64,000 nucleotides of DNA from Proteromonas lacertae (taxonomy: Eukaryota): positions 62,001 through 126,000 of the forward strand of contig NGBS01000594.1 of assembly GCA_002245135.1 (NCBI GenBank). Direction: 5' to 3'. Positions 1 to 14,778 of this stretch are shown piece by piece. Under the pieces are notes generated by a model. The model was not told where the DNA came from, ran no database searches, and saw nothing but the letters and a program-made list of their open reading frames with translations. The translations under genes and the position numbers were made by a program. Numbering within the stretch: position 1 is the first letter of the stretch; every line of letters starts with the position of its first letter.

Positions 1-48
1 TGATTGTAGTTTAAGTATATTTATAGAATCATTATTATTATTCAATAG

Positions 49-758
49 GAAAATGTCAACTTGGATATAATAAAGTGAAAGATAGTGATGATGGTGATGT
101 TAATCAAATTATTATTGATATAACTGAAGGAAAAGGAACTACTTATATTGAATATACAGATCCATTTGATAGAAAGTGGTATTCCAGTAAATTGGTATTT
201 GATGCAACTAATGGATTAAAACAATATGGTTATTATGAATTTACTGATAAAAAATATCCATCTGATTTAGATACTACTCCAAATCCTTCTGAACAATTAA
301 AATGGTGTTATGTATTAAGCGATTTCTTTTATACATTACCGCCAGGAACAATTGATTTGAAAAATACAACATCATTAATACTCAATGAACATCAACAACT
401 AACAAGTGGATGTAATATAGAAAATGATGGAATATATGTTCAGCAACCAACTACATCACCTACTAAAATTACTATTACTCTAACATTCGGTCCAAATCAA
501 TCTGGAAGACAAGGTAAAGTGAGATTTTTAACAGAAAACGATAAGAATAACATAGAATCAGGTGAAGTAGATATGTCAATATTTGAGACAAGTGGAAATT
601 CTTTATCTAATGCTGTTAATTATAAATACAAGGGAATATATCCACAGATATGTGGTGGGAATGGAAAATGTAATACAAACAGGGATAAAGGTGTATGTGA
701 TTGTTTTGATGATTATACTGGTTATTCTTGTGAAGTAAAGCCACGAATAGAAGATTAA
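49..758 (+). CDS. 3' exon of a probable surface/secreted protein with a C-terminal EGF-like domain (5' end outside window)
   Basis: Open frame follows an AG acceptor at 47-48. The C-terminus CGGNGKCNTNRDKGVCDCFDDYTGYSC has EGF-like Cys spacing. Confidence 0.6.
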
Positions 759-830
759 TTATATATATATATATTAATAATAATATAATTTATGATAATA
801 TATTTGTTTAGCTGTTCTTTGGATATAATA

Positions 831-838
831 AACAAACA
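831..838 (-). promoter_or_regulatory. TGTTTGTT 3'-end/polyadenylation motif (also 7237-7244 on -, 46380-46387 on +)
   Basis: Exact octamer 36-52 nt downstream of the stop codons of three genes, each on the sense strand. It matches the known Blastocystis polyadenylation element. Confidence 0.55.
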
Positions 839-890
839 ATAATATAATTATACAAACTAAATTATAGAGAGAGAGAAAAATATTTAATTA

Positions 891-2359
891 TTATTTTGGA
901 AAAATATTATTATAATTATTATACATTAATCCATTACTATTCTGACAAAATATATTATCACTATTATTATTATTATTCATGTAATTATTCATAAAAAGCT
1001 GATGTTGTTGTTGTTGAAATTCATCTAAGAAAGGAGTAGTTGGTGGAGGTGGTAAAGGTGGATAATAAGGAATATTATAACTCTTATTAATATACTGATT
1101 ATTATTGATATTACTATGATTTATAATAATTGGTGTTGCTATAGGCGATGTTATACAGATTTTAGTATTGACAGTTGTTGTTGTTGTTGTTGCTGGAGGT
1201 GGTGGCTGTTGTTGTATTGATTGAAATTGTATTATAGATGGAGGTTCAACAACTGCATTGGTGATAGTTTCTGGAAATATTCTATGATTTATATCATAAT
1301 TGATTGTTTTAATTGGTGTAATGTTTAAACTGGAGTTACTGCTATTATTATTATTTACAGTTGCATAATCTGATGGTGATGAAGAAACAACAGGTGTAAA
1401 AGATGATTTATGATTTATTGAAGGTATTAAATATTCATTAGAAGCAGATGAGGATGATGAACATGGAGGAATTATAAAGCTTAAATCATTAATGAATAAT
1501 CTATCTTCTAACCTATGTGTTTTCGGTTTAATTAGTAAAGAAGAAGAAGGTGTAGATTGTGCTAATGGAGGTGGAATTTGTTGTTGTTGTCTTTCATTAT
1601 TCCCTTCTTCTTCTTCTTCTTCTTCGTTATCTTCTTCTTCTTCTTCTCCTTCTTCTTCTCCATCTTTTCGTATTATAAAGTTGTTTTTACTATTTTTCAA
1701 ATGTAAAATTGGTTTGAAGTTTTCTTCAGTATAACTACTTGTTGCATTATTGATATTATGCTTTCTCATTTTGTGGATTCTCAGTGATGATGGCGCTGAT
1801 AGAATCTGTCCGCATATTTCACAGTATAATTTCTGACCACAAAACTGTAAATGAGCTTTTAAATCGGCTGGGAATGAAAATTTTTTGTTGCACCCTGGCT
1901 TTGGACAAGTCAATGTTGGAGCTACATGTGTACGTTGGAAATGCCTTCTCAATGAATGGTAAGCTGTGAATCCTTTTGCTGAATGATGAGCACAATTCGT
2001 TACAGGACACATATATGTAATTCTTGGCTGAACAAAGGTTGAAGAGCTTGCTTCTGTGTGAAACTATTTCATTTATATAAACAAATTAGGATTAATACAC
2101 TAGTATGGTGTTGAAGATAGCCTGGCCTTTTAAACGATTTCCCGCATATATTACAAGCAGAAATACCTTTACTTCCGGTTAAATCCTCTATCGAAGGGCA
2201 AATCTTTACAGAATGATCTTCTATCAAGTATTAAAAATAAACCCAAAAAATATTTTTTATTTTTTTATATGTATATATACCTTCACTGGCTGTATCGTCT
2301 GTCTTTTGTAAGTCAATTTGAGATTGTTGCTTTATTGAACTAGACTGGTTTAAATCCAT
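891..2359 (-). CDS. C2H2 zinc-finger transcription factor (about 4 fingers, N/Q/P-rich tail), 2 introns
   Basis: ATG at 2359. Spliced exon encodes CNICGKSFKRPGYLQHH, followed by CPVTNC..HFQRTH, CPKPGCNKKF..HLQFC and CEICGQ..HKMRKH. Confidence 0.85.
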
Positions 2360-2894
2360 CCAGAATATTATAATAATTATTATAATGATTTTTGAAGCAG
2401 CGCCGAATTGAATGAAATCTTAAATTTATTTAATTTAATGATTTAAAAATAACAAACCAAAATGAATTGAGCCAATAATCTGCTGCCTATGTTTATGAAT
2501 CAGCGTTATGCTATAAAGGAATTATGCGTTGAAAACGGGATATGGATATGAATGATTTAGAAATCAAACAGATATACTAGAAGATTTAACTATATGAACA
2601 AAATATCAGACTTATTCTTTCTGATTTTAGTGTTTTCCATGTTTCATGGATAGAAAATAAATAAATTTTATGTTTAAAGATATTTTTGCTTAGAAATCAG
2701 CATTATTGATATTCAAAAGAGTAGTTGAGCAATGATCGATGTTTATTCAAATAAAATCACTGATAAAGCTTACCAGACAAAAAATTATTTTAGAACGGAA
2801 CACGAGGAAAGCTGTGAGAAAAATGAGAATAAAATAACTGAAATCAAGCCTTGAGTTTGTGCCGATTCATTCAGTTTGAGAATTGTGTCTCAAA

Positions 2895-5800
2895 ATGAAA
2901 TCTTTATTCATTCTCTCATTTATTATTATCCCATTGATTTTGGGATCAACTTCCCAAGAATGGAATCGTAAAGTATTTAATATTGGTATTATTCATTTCT
3001 GAATAGTGGTCAAATGAACCATCCAAAAATTTAAAAGATTTGAAGGGTGAGTTCTTAACCGTACATATGATTCCCCACACTCATGATGATATTGGTTGGT
3101 TGAGAACTGTTGACCAATATTATATCAAGGTATATGAAGTCTTTTTATTCTTTTAGCAAGTTCGTTACATTCTCGATACAGTAATGCGTGCATTAGATGA
3201 AAATCCACAGAGAAAGTTCACGTATTTTAACATTTATTCTATTTTCTCTAGATACGTAGAACAAGGATTCTTCCAAAAATGGTGGGTCGAACAAGATGAT
3301 GCAATGAAAGCAAAAGTCCATAAATTCGTCAAGAATGGCCAATTAGAATTCAATTTAGGTGGTTGGTGTATGCACGATGAAGCTGCTCCAGAATACGAAT
3401 CAATGATCATGCAAATGGCATTAGGTGCACAATTTATTAAAGACCAATTCGGTGTAAGACCAAAAGTAGGTTGGCAAATCGATCCATTTGGTCATACCAA
3501 CCAAAACGGAAGATTATTTGCAGATATTGGCTTTGATGCAGTTGGTTTAAACCGTATAGATTACAGATTAAAAGAATATATGAAAGCCAATAAAACTTTA
3601 GAATTTATTTGGAAAACTTCAAACACTTTAGGTGAAGATAAAAATATTTTTGTCCATATGATGGATAACCACTATTGTGAGCCAGATGAATGTGATATGG
3701 GTATTTGGACTGTAGGTGTTGATAGCCCTGATCATCAATGGATCTATAATGGAAATAACAGTGAATTATTTAGCTTTGAAAATAATATTAAAAGATATGC
3801 TGATGATTTCATGAAGATGGCTAGAACAAGAGCAGAATATTATAACAACGGTGGTCATCTATTGATTCCATTCGGATGTGATTTCTCCTTTGAAAATGCT
3901 CATAAGCATTACAAACAAATGGATTTATTGATTGAATATATGCAGAAACATAAGGATGAATACAATGCAACAATTGTTTATTCTCATTTCTCTGAATATA
4001 TTAAAGCAATCCATGATGTGAATAAAGAATGGCCTGTTTATGAAGGTGATTTTATGCCTTATCCAAGTTGGAGTCATGCTTATTGGACTGGTTATTATAC
4101 ATCACATCCAAGACTGAAGGGCGATTCAAGGTATATATATTATCTATTTAAATGATGTATTATGTTATATATATCTGTCAATCCACAGAATTAAAAAGTG
4201 TTGATAAAATATAACTATCTTTACTGATTTATAATTTATAAATTTATATACTCATATATATTTTTGTATAGAAAAGGTATGAACATCCTTCGTACATACG
4301 AATCGATTTATTCAACTGCATTATTACAAAACAAATTACCCAATAAAGATAAAGAATTTTACAGTTTATTAAGACTAAGAAAAGCACAAGGTGATATTCA
4401 ACATCATGATGCTATTACAGGAACTGAGAAATTATATGTAGCTGAAGATTATGAAAAAACTTTCAATCTAGCTGTTGGTATTTCAAATATAGATCAAGCT
4501 GAAATTATATCATCTATTACTGATAATAAAGATATTCAATTCTCAACCAATTTAACAGAGACTTTAATGAAATTGGATAATTCAAATGCTATAGTTGCTG
4601 TTTTATATAATAATTTAGCTTGGAAAAGAACACCGACTGTAAGATTAATAATTAATAGTGAAAATATACACGTATTTGATGGAAATAATATTGAAATAAA
4701 ATCTCAAATTAACAAACTTCCTGATTATTCAATTGATCGATTAAATGGTACTCATGAATTATATTTCTCTATTGAAATCCCACCGATGGGTTATAACACT
4801 GTTTATTTAAAGAAAACAAATCAAATCAACAGTATTAAAAGATTTGGACATATCATCAAAGGAAATAACAAAATTGAAAATTCAGTATATTCTGTCTATA
4901 TCAATGATCAAGGATTTATTCAAAATATTACTAATAAACTAAACAATGTTAATCTAAAGGTTGATGCTAATTTCTTACAATATCAAAGTGCTGATGGTAG
5001 TGATGAACAAGGACAATCATCTGGTGCTTATATTTTCAGACCAAAGCCAGGAACGGTTGCAGAACCAGTCTCTAAAGATAAAGTAAAGAATTTTGAAATA
5101 ATTGAAGGTGAATTAGAGAATGAAATTAGAATCACTTATAAATCAAATTATTCACAAACTGTAAGGTTATATACATCAGGTGATTTACAGAAGATTGTTG
5201 AAAATGTAATTGATTTAAAACCCATTGATAGTGGAAGAGAATTAATTATAAGATATAATACCAATGTAAAGAATAATAAAGTGTTATACGCTGATACAAA
5301 TGGATTGGAAACCCAAAGAAGAGAATATGTAAACTCAAATGCTGAATTAATCGCTGGTAATTATTATCCAATGACTGGAAGAGTATATATTGAAAATGAT
5401 AATGTAAGATTTGCCACTTTAACAGATCGTGCTCATGGTGCTGCATCTTTAGAAGATGGTTCTGTTGAGATTATGTTACATCGAAGATGTCTTAAAGATG
5501 ATGGTTATGGTGTAGGTGAAGTATTAAATGAAACAGATTCATTTGATCAATTTATGTGGAATATGGTTGGAAATAAGAATGAATTATCTCATGATATGAA
5601 AGTATATTCAACTTATTTAAATCATCCACCATCCTTATATTATGGTATAACAACTACCAATAAAATGAACAATTTAAGAAAAAGACAAGTTGCTTATTCT
5701 TTACTTAATAGCGATTTATCACCATTAGTGGAATTAACTTCAATTCAAGCTCCAACTGTTGATAGTAAAAAGATAGTCGTTAGATTCCATCATTTGTATG

Positions 5801-6057
5801 AATCTGTCGATTTGAATGAAGATGATAAGAAAGGTGTTGAAATTGATTTAAATAGAGTATTCAGAGATTTTACACCAAAGAGTATCACCGAATTAGCCTT
5901 ATCTGGTACTTTCCCATTAGATGAAGTTGAAAATGATAGATTGAAATGGAAAGCTGAAAATAAGAAGAATATTGGTGGAGAAAAGAGAATTCCATTAAAA
6001 GGATCAGTTTTTACTATTAAACCAATGGAAATTAGAACATTTGAGTTGGAATTGTAA
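2895..6057 (+). CDS. Lysosomal-type alpha-mannosidase, GH38 (MAN2B1-like), multi-exon
   Basis: Signal peptide [12 protein letters not shown]. Motifs [61 protein letters not shown] and PMEIRTF. Introns include 3130-3156 and ~4131-4271. Confidence 0.95.
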
Positions 6058-6215
6058 AATATATAAATAAATGAACATGAAAACGTATTAATACACGTTT
6101 AATATATGTTTTTGTTGGGGGTTAAATTCACAAAAATAATATGAAGGAAATGAAAAATTTAAGACATTTAATTACAATTACTAAAAATAATATAATTACA
6201 TACATATATAAATAA

Positions 6216-7121
6216 TCACACATTATCTTCTTCTTCTTCTTTATTATTATTATCACTGTTTCTAGTATTAGTATATTCAGAAACTCGTGGAGGTGATTTC
6301 ATTTTCAATGAATCATAACTATCACTAACAGCATTAGCGTTATTCATCTCATCATATTCACTATCATCTTCATCCTCAAAATCTCTATCAATTGAAGTGG
6401 TTGAAAAAATATGAGTATTGAAATTATTATTATTATGTTTTTGCTCTTCTAAATTTGCTTTTATTCTTTCTTGCAATTCTTCTACTTCTCTTTGCAATAG
6501 TCTTGTGGCTCTTTCTGTCTGTTTTCGCCTTATACTTATATCTTTTTCTTTAAATCGAGTTGTTCGAGGTGAAGGAGCTGTAGATGGTTTTTTATTAGCT
6601 GGTGGTTTGTGGCTTGGTCCAGGCTCAAATTCTGGACATAGTGCTCCTATTGTTCGGATGTAATGTGAATGTCTTGGTGAATGAATTGGAGGTAATCCTT
6701 TAAAGCCAGAATTGAAAGTGTTGATTGTATTCATATTATATGCTTTTTCTAGTATTTGATAAGCAGGGATTTCTATTGGATTCTTTATTTCTTTGAAATT
6801 TGTTATAAATGTCAAAGATTGTTCAATATCTTTCATTAATTCTGCTCCATTAATATCTTTCTTGCCATACATCTCTCTAAACCTTCTCGGGGATTTTGGT
6901 TTTGCTTTAGGTGAGGCATTTAATGGTTTCAGTGTTAATTCTTCATTCTTGGGTGATTTTGGGTCTACTACTTCAATATCTGCCCATCGAGTCCATTTTG
7001 GTCTTGCGGGAGACGTTAATTCACCATCTTTATTAATTACTCTGTTGTATGGTATATTACCTACTGTTCGTGATATGCCAGCATTCTCACGACAAGTTAA
7101 AACAGCTATATGGTTTTGCAT
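6216..7121 (-). CDS. Hypothetical protein, SP-rich with coiled coil
   Basis: 301-aa open frame with coding-like composition; no family motif recognised. Confidence 0.65.
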   Translation of the reverse strand: MQNHIAVLTCRENAGISRTVGNIPYNRVINKDGELTSPARPKWTRWADIEVVDPKSPKNEELTLKPLNASPKAKPKSPRRFREMYGKKDINGAELMKDIEQSLTFITNFKEIKNPIEIPAYQILEKAYNMNTINTFNSGFKGLPPIHSPRHSHYIRTIGALCPEFEPGPSHKPPANKKPSTAPSPRTTRFKEKDISIRRKQTERATRLLQREVEELQERIKANLEEQKHNNNNFNTHIFSTTSIDRDFEDEDDSEYDEMNNANAVSDSYDSLKMKSPPRVSEYTNTRNSDNNNKEEEEDNV

Positions 7122-7280
7122 TTCTTTATATAAAGAAAATTGAAAGAATAATATTTATTGACCGTTTCTTATTTTCCCTTCATAAACAAATTTTTATTCC
7201 ATTTATGTTTTAAATACAATCAAAGAAAAAATAATCAACAAACAAAAAACAAAACGTTAATAAATCAATTCTATTCTGAA

Positions 7281-9451
7281 TCACTTCTTTGATTTAGTTA
7301 TTTTGATTCTTTTAGTTTTCGCTGGTTTATTATCACCAACATTATTCTCATCATTACCATTTCTCTTTCTCTTAACAGATTCTATCTTATCACCATCTTT
7401 CTCATCACTTTTAACATTTTTCTTTTTCATCAAATTACTAAATAAAATAAAAACATATATAAATAATAACTTATACTGTTTTATTCTAGATTTAATCAAA
7501 TCTTTTTTAGCTTTTGTTGATATATGTGGTCTTTTCATTGCATGTTTTTCTTTTAATTTATTACTTTTTTTCATTTTCAACATCCATTCAGGAACATCAC
7601 AACCTGATATTTTCATTATATTCGCTATGTTTCTCAAATATTGCATATCGTCTTCAGTAAAGAAGGTAATTGCTTTTCCTTTACGACCTGCTCTGCCAGT
7701 CCTTCCAATACGATGAATATAACTAATACCACTCTAAAGAGAGAAAATAGTATATAGAAATAAAATAAAATAATAGTGAAAAAATAAAGCAAAATAAAAA
7801 AAAGTTAATGTAAAACAGAAAATTATCATAAAAATATGAATTAAAATTGATAATATGAATATATACTTGTGGAAAATCATAATTAATCACCAAATTAACT
7901 CCTTTAAAATCAATTCCTCTAGCCATTAAATCAGTACATATCAATATCCATGTCGTTCCTAATCGAAACTTCTCAATTGCTTTATCTCTTTGTGCTTTAG
8001 TTCTTTCACTGTGAATTACATCAATTTTCATTCCATCGTATATTAATTCATTATAAAGTTCTTGAGCACGTTCTTTGGATTGGACGAAGATTAATACTGG
8101 TGGCTTATAACCCTATAAATAATATAAGAAAATAGAAAGAGAAAGAAAAAAAAATATATATACTTCATGAAACAAATTCCTCATTGCCACAATTTTTCCA
8201 TGTTCTCTTCCCACAAATAACAACTGTTGTTCAATAGTATCAGCTCCAGCATTCATTTCACCAATAATCACTCTTATTGGATTATATAAAACAGTATTTG
8301 CCATTGTTTCAACTCCTGATGGTAATGTTGCTGAGAAAATTGATTTTACTACACCTTCTTTAGGTATTACACTTAATATATCATCTAATTGTTCAATAAA
8401 ACCCATTTCAAAGAGTTTATCAGCTTCATCTAATACTAAATACTCCAATCTAATGTAAAGATATATATTATTATTATTATATACTTGTTAAAATCAACTT
8501 GATGATTTTTGATTAAATACACTAATCTTAAAGGAGTAGATATTAAAATATCAATTTTGTCTTGATTGGGTAGTTTCATACCAGCACTTACAGACTATAA
8601 ATATCAAGAAATAAAATAAAATAAAATATATATACTTTTGATAATAAACAAATTCTAAATTTCTTTCCCAATGTCAACATCATCACATCTCTTTGTATTT
8701 GCTTAGCCAATTCTCTCGTTGGTACTAATATCAACGCTCTGATACCTCCAACAAGCGTTCCTCGTAATTTACTAATCATTGGTAATAGATAAGCTGCGGT
8801 TTTACCTGATCCTGTCGGTGCAATTCCAATACAGTCATAATTATGTAATAATATTGGTATAGATTGCATTTGTATAGCTGTTGGTTCTTTATAATCTATA
8901 TGTATATATATAGATATATATTAGCATACTTGATTTTTCTATATTTTTTAATAATATTCTTTTGATTTGCTTATCTTCAATTGGCATTTGTGTAAATGAT
9001 GTGATTGGATAAGGAACTTCTATTCCTTTTACATGAATTCGCATTTGTTTTCTGAATGATTCAACTTCATCTATGTATTTATAAATGTATATACAATATA
9101 TATTATTATACCTTCAGTTAATTCAACTACATCTTCATCTTCTATTTCTATTGATTCTTTTCTCTCTCTATTTGTTTCTCTCTCTTTTCTCTCTACTTTA
9201 GGCTTAGTTTCTTTGTCTATTTTACTACTACAAAGAATCAATTAATGATTACAATACTCATTTCCAAAAAAATCTAGATTATCTGCTACAAAATTTCTTT
9301 TGCTCATTGTCAACGATGTTGTTTTTGGTTCTATACTTCATATCAATAAAAAATATATACTAGCAGCTTTTAATAACTTTATTTCATCTCTGTATTTGCT
9401 ATTCACAAAGTTCGTACCTTTACCTAATATATTGAAATTAGATGAATTCAT
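7281..9451 (-). CDS. DDX52: DEAD-box RNA helicase DDX52/Rok1, multi-exon
   Basis: [29 protein letters not shown] and [10 protein letters not shown]. Rok1-type [16 protein letters not shown] and GCDVPEWM. Confidence 0.93.
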
Positions 9452-9701
9452 CAATTTCAAAATGATTAAAATTGTCTGGATCTGATTCAATCACAAAATA
9501 ACGACTATATTTTCATAATTTGTTTATATGATGAAATAGAATGAGATATGTTATGATATTATTACAGAAGTGTTATTCATCTAAAAATGGATATGTGAAG
9601 AAGATATCATAATGAATTGATTATATAGGCTCGACTTCTGTAGTCAAACTCTAGCTTAAACTAAATAGAATTTAATTTCAATAGTAAGATTGTAAATCTA
9701 A

Positions 9702-12037
9702 ATGAAAGTGATAAATGAGAGAATAGCTGATGAAGGGTATATAAAAATGAAATTTATGTTATACTTTTGTTAGACTTGGAAGAGAACTAGTAAAGTCAGG
9801 TTTTGGTGATATAATACTGAAGATTGGAAAAGAAGAGATAAGTGCAGTAAAATCGATATTATGTAATGGAAGTAAATTATTTAGTAAATTGTTGAAAGAT
9901 GAAAAATTAGAAGGGAAATTAGAACTGAACGAAAATATAAGTGTTAATGGATATTATTTACTTGAAAGATACTTGAGTGGAAGTTATGTAGATATAAACG
10001 ACGAAAATGTGATTGATTTATTATGTATAAGTCTATTTTATGAAGAAAGTATTTTACATGATGAATGTTTAAAATATATTGGCAATCACATAAATGAAAA
10101 GATATTAAATGAATTTCTAAACTTTATTAGTTTATTAAACATAAATCAATTGAAATATTTTCATATTTATACTGATTTATATATTTATCGAAATGGATAT
10201 AAATATATTTACGGTGAGATGATATATGATTTGAGCATCAATTCAATTTATTATATATTGAACAGTGAAAAGCTAATAATAAACAATGAGAATGATCTAC
10301 TGAAGATAATAATGAAATACAACTTAAAAGAAAAAGAGAAGAATAAAGGTGAAAATGTAGAAAATATGAATAAGTTATATGAGAGTATAAACTGGACTAA
10401 AGTTGAACTAAAATGGATAGAACCAGATGAAAAAGAGGTGATGAAGAATAGCAATATAAATGTATTGAATTTCTTAAACAACAACATAAACAACAGAATC
10501 TATATAAGTATAAAATACTCTATTTATATTTATATAGATATGAATGAAGTAATAGATGATAATATGAAGGATTTAATCTTGAGATATTACACGAATGATG
10601 ATAGTGTATTGAGTATAAAAGACGAAGATATGAAGATATTAGAAAAGAATGAAAAATTGAAAGAAATAATAAATGAATTATTATTGAATGAAGATGATAT
10701 AATAAACATGATTGGATTGACGATGATAATCGATATGAAAATTGATTATGAAAGTATATATATATATATGTTACATCAATATATATTAATTTATAATATG
10801 TAGTTAAAAACCCATTGAAGAGAAATTTATTCACCAAAATATTATGTTTTTATGCTAATAATAGTAACAATATAAAACGAGAAAGTGTTGCAAAATGTTC
10901 AACTGTTTTCATAAAGAATGGTATTTATCAATTATTCTTTTTGTTATAGATAAGGATTTATATGCATTGTATAGTATCTGTGGAAATGAATTGCTTTATA
11001 AGTTAGTTAATTACATCAATTATGCTACAAAAGAGATAAGTGATATTATATTAGAATTTGTAAAGGGATTAAAGTATGGATATTCATTTGAAGATTATGA
11101 AATGATGGATGTTATAATACTCGACAATTCGTTAATAGAATCATTAAAGATGATAAAAATGATAGAATTTTACTATCCTAGAAGATCATATTGTTTTAGA
11201 CCAGGAGAAGAAATATCAATCAAACCATCTATTGAAGTGAAAGACAGTATTTGTGTTATTGAACCAGATTTACCTGATGGTTTAACAATTGATTATTCTA
11301 CAGGAGAAATAAAAGGAAAAGTTGATGTAGAAACAAAACAGAAGAAATATACAATAGAATGTAGTAATATAAGAAATTGTCTAACATTTACTCTTTTATT
11401 AGAAATCCACGATTATCAATTTATAAGCAATTACAATGGTAATTTTATTGAACTACCAGAAAATAGTCACAGAGTGTATAGATCAAACAAAGGTTATAAC
11501 AGAAATGGAATTTATGTAATGCCAATCACTACAAATAAAACTGGTTGGTATAATGCATATGTTAATTTAAAGATGGAAAATGGAATTTATCATATCAAAT
11601 ATCGTTATAGTGGCAATAATGGAAGTAATAATATAATGTTAGGAGCAACAAAAAGAGAGAGTTATAATGGTAGTAGTTTATACAATCAATCAGATTCTTA
11701 TTGTATATGCATATATAATGGTTCATCTTCATTATACAATCATGATGCAACAATTGTTAATCAACCAGGAATTACAAATCATACAAGTGGTTCAGAATAT
11801 GAATTGATATTTGATATGATAAAGCATGAATTTTCCATAATTCATGATGATAAAGAAATCTTATTAATGAAAGACTTACCATCAGTTTTATATCCATTTG
11901 TAGAAATATATAATCATGATACATATATTGATTTAATCTCTGTTTTAAAAGAAGAAGAAGAAGAATGTAATGGTGATGATGATATGAATGTAGATAGAAT
12001 TCTTGAAGAATATGCTGCTGAAATGAGGAACATCTAA
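9702..12037 (+). CDS. BTB/BACK protein with He_PIG-like Ig module and SPRY/B30.2-like C-terminus, multi-exon
   Basis: Spliced N-terminus FGDIILKIGKEEISAVKSILCNGSKLFSKLL (BTB). PDLPDGLTIDYSTGEIKG..YTIECSN (Ig-like). IMLGAT..ELIFDMIKHEF..LYPFVEI (SPRY-like). Confidence 0.75.
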
Positions 12038-12632
12038 TTAAATGTTAACAACTATAATAAAACGAAATCATATATTATCTCTCTCATATCTCTTTTCATA
12101 CATAATACACAAATAACAGTGTATAAAACCTTTATGCTATTAACTATTCACATCATTATAGTGTTTTTTTCATTATTTCTGAAAGAAAACTATATCTCTT
12201 CGTAGTTCCTATCTTGCTTTATCAAATAAGCTGTGTAGTTGATAGATAAAGTGCATTTACTCCGTTTCTTTAACAAATATTCAATAAATCTTGATTAAAT
12301 GTAATAGATTTATATTTATTGATAATTCATCATTTTATACAAACAAGAATTTAAGTGTAATTTCAATGAATTACATCATAATTCTTATCCTTGCTCATTT
12401 TTTCTTTTCTGTTCACCTCTTTCATACACATATTTAGCATACAGATTTACTATTGAAAGAAACCACCTAATTTTATTCACAAACTATCAACATTTAAGTT
12501 TGTTGCAATAAAGTGATATAAAAATGTGTCAGTTATACTTTTAAAAAGAAATTTTCTAGTTTTTTGACTAGTATTGAGGTAATATATATAATCATCTAAC
12601 TAGGAAATATTTATTTATTTTTTAATTTATAA

Positions 12633-13762
12633 ATGGATGGTATTGAGGAACAATATCTAACTTCAAAAACAACCTCTGTTGTAGTAGAAGATATTCTTTA
12701 TTCTATTGACACAATAATTAGAAGTATTCTATTTATATCATCTAAATCGTTATAGATAATCAAACTATCAAGAAATGTCATATAATAGGATATTTAGACA
12801 CTTTTAATATACTATTAGATATTATAGATCAGAATAAAGTGATTGATGTACTTTCTACTATTCTTCGCAATGGTATAATAATAGATTTTCATTTTCTTAG
12901 ATGCTGCTAGAAAATTACTAATTGAGTTGGATGGTTTACATGTTTGTTGTGATATACTTTGTATTAATGCACTTTATTCACCTGTTTTGTCAAGATTTAT
13001 AGAAATGTTGATAGAATTAGAGAAGAAAAGTATAATTATATGTGTTTTTAATTTCTTTAAAATAGAATATATAAGCACATACTTTTTAGATTTAGATATA
13101 TTAGATAACTTATGTCAAATTTGTAGTGACATTCTTTTTCAAGCAAATGAGGCTAAGCCAATTATTGATAGTATTATCATACTAATTAATAATATTTGTC
13201 GAAACACATCAATTATATCAAATTACATTTCATTTTTTTTCATCACAGTATTAAGTCATATATTTGAGCAACACTATTATAACCACAATATAATATTAAG
13301 AATCATATATGCAATAACAAGATCACTTGATTCGTTTATTATTGATAGTTTAATGCAGACTTGTATAATAGAGAATGTTATATCATTTTATGAAGATAAA
13401 GAAACTATAGATTTATCAATATTAAAGTATATTTTATTGGTTTTATTTAATATATCTTTACATAATGGTATATATATATATATATATCATATATTTATCA
13501 CCTATCTATAGATGAATTAATTATATTTTTACTTCAATCCACTTCATTGAAAGCATTTATACAGAATATACATCCTTTGATATGTAACAAACATGTTTAT
13601 TATGATTTATTGAATGTAATTTTAGAAACTGCTGATCAAGAAATAATTAACGAGATTATACCTGAGAATCATATATGTATGATGTTTTTTGTAAAATCTT
13701 TATCCTTAGAGTAAATTAGTAGTATTAGTATTGCTATTAGGGCAATGTCAATAAGATTTTAG
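12633..13762 (+). CDS. Hypothetical helical (ARM/HEAT-like) protein, multi-exon
   Basis: ATG at 12633 and several short GT-AG introns joining Leu/Ile-rich helical frames. The 3' end is uncertain. Confidence 0.5.
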
Positions 13763-13884
13763 TTGAAATTGTAAATTATTTACATTAGATAGTATTTATT
13801 ATGATTTTTATTATTTATTTATTGTGTTGTTATTTAGAAAACAAAAATAAAACACTATAAATTATTTACACAAAATTATTCTAA

Positions 13885-14670
13885 TTACTTACCACGAAGG
13901 TTGTTGTTTGGATTATTATCTACTCCAACTTGATCTGCTACTGTTTGCGCAATAGTTATTTTATTTCTTCTCTTTATATCTGAAAATAACTCATTACCTT
14001 TCATTTCATTAGAATTACCTTCATTTGTACATGCTAATAATAATAATATTTAAACATAACATACGAACAGATATAAATGGTTCTAATGTCATATCACTGT
14101 TCATTGAAGATGATATTTTGTATTCTTTGTTTGTATAAGTATATTTGCCTTGAATATGAACATATTGTGCTAATTTCACTGCATATGATTTACAGTAATT
14201 GTAAAGGTTAATCACTATTCTTTCAGAAGGTTTTATATCTGGACAACTTTTGGTGAAATCATCTCTTAAAGTGGATGAATATGATTTATATGGTGTATAG
14301 AATACACTTACTAACGAGGCATCATATTCCTTTTGATCAATATCATCCATATTCTGATATACTATCTGATAGAGTAATGTAACATTCAACATTGGCTCTC
14401 CAGCACAACCATTTGCTTCTGGATAGTATAATTTGGTAATTATGAGGTTGTTTCTGTTATAATACGTCGAAGATAGAGTTGTGTCTATATATAATTATTT
14501 TAGAATATACTACTGCAATTAGTTAGACTTGCACAAATATCAGGAAGAACAACCTTCTTTAGAGCAGATTCTATTGAGATCTTCACTTTTGGAGGAGGGC
14601 GAGTAGTCAATGAATCTGTAACCTGACATAAAATCAACTGAGAGAGAAAAAACACAAAAATGACTTTCAT
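13885..14670 (-). CDS. Hypothetical secreted protein, 2 introns
   Basis: ATG at 14670 gives a hydrophobic leader MKVIFVFFLSQLILCQ. It splices into the 14021-14392 frame; the last exon ends NNLRGK*. Confidence 0.6.
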
Positions 14671-14778
14671 AAAAAGGAAAAAAAAGAAAAGAAAAATCCC
14701 TTCAAACTACATAGGCTTGATTGTTTTATATCCTCTCATACTGAAAAAAATAAAAATTGTGAATAAAGTGAAAAGAAT

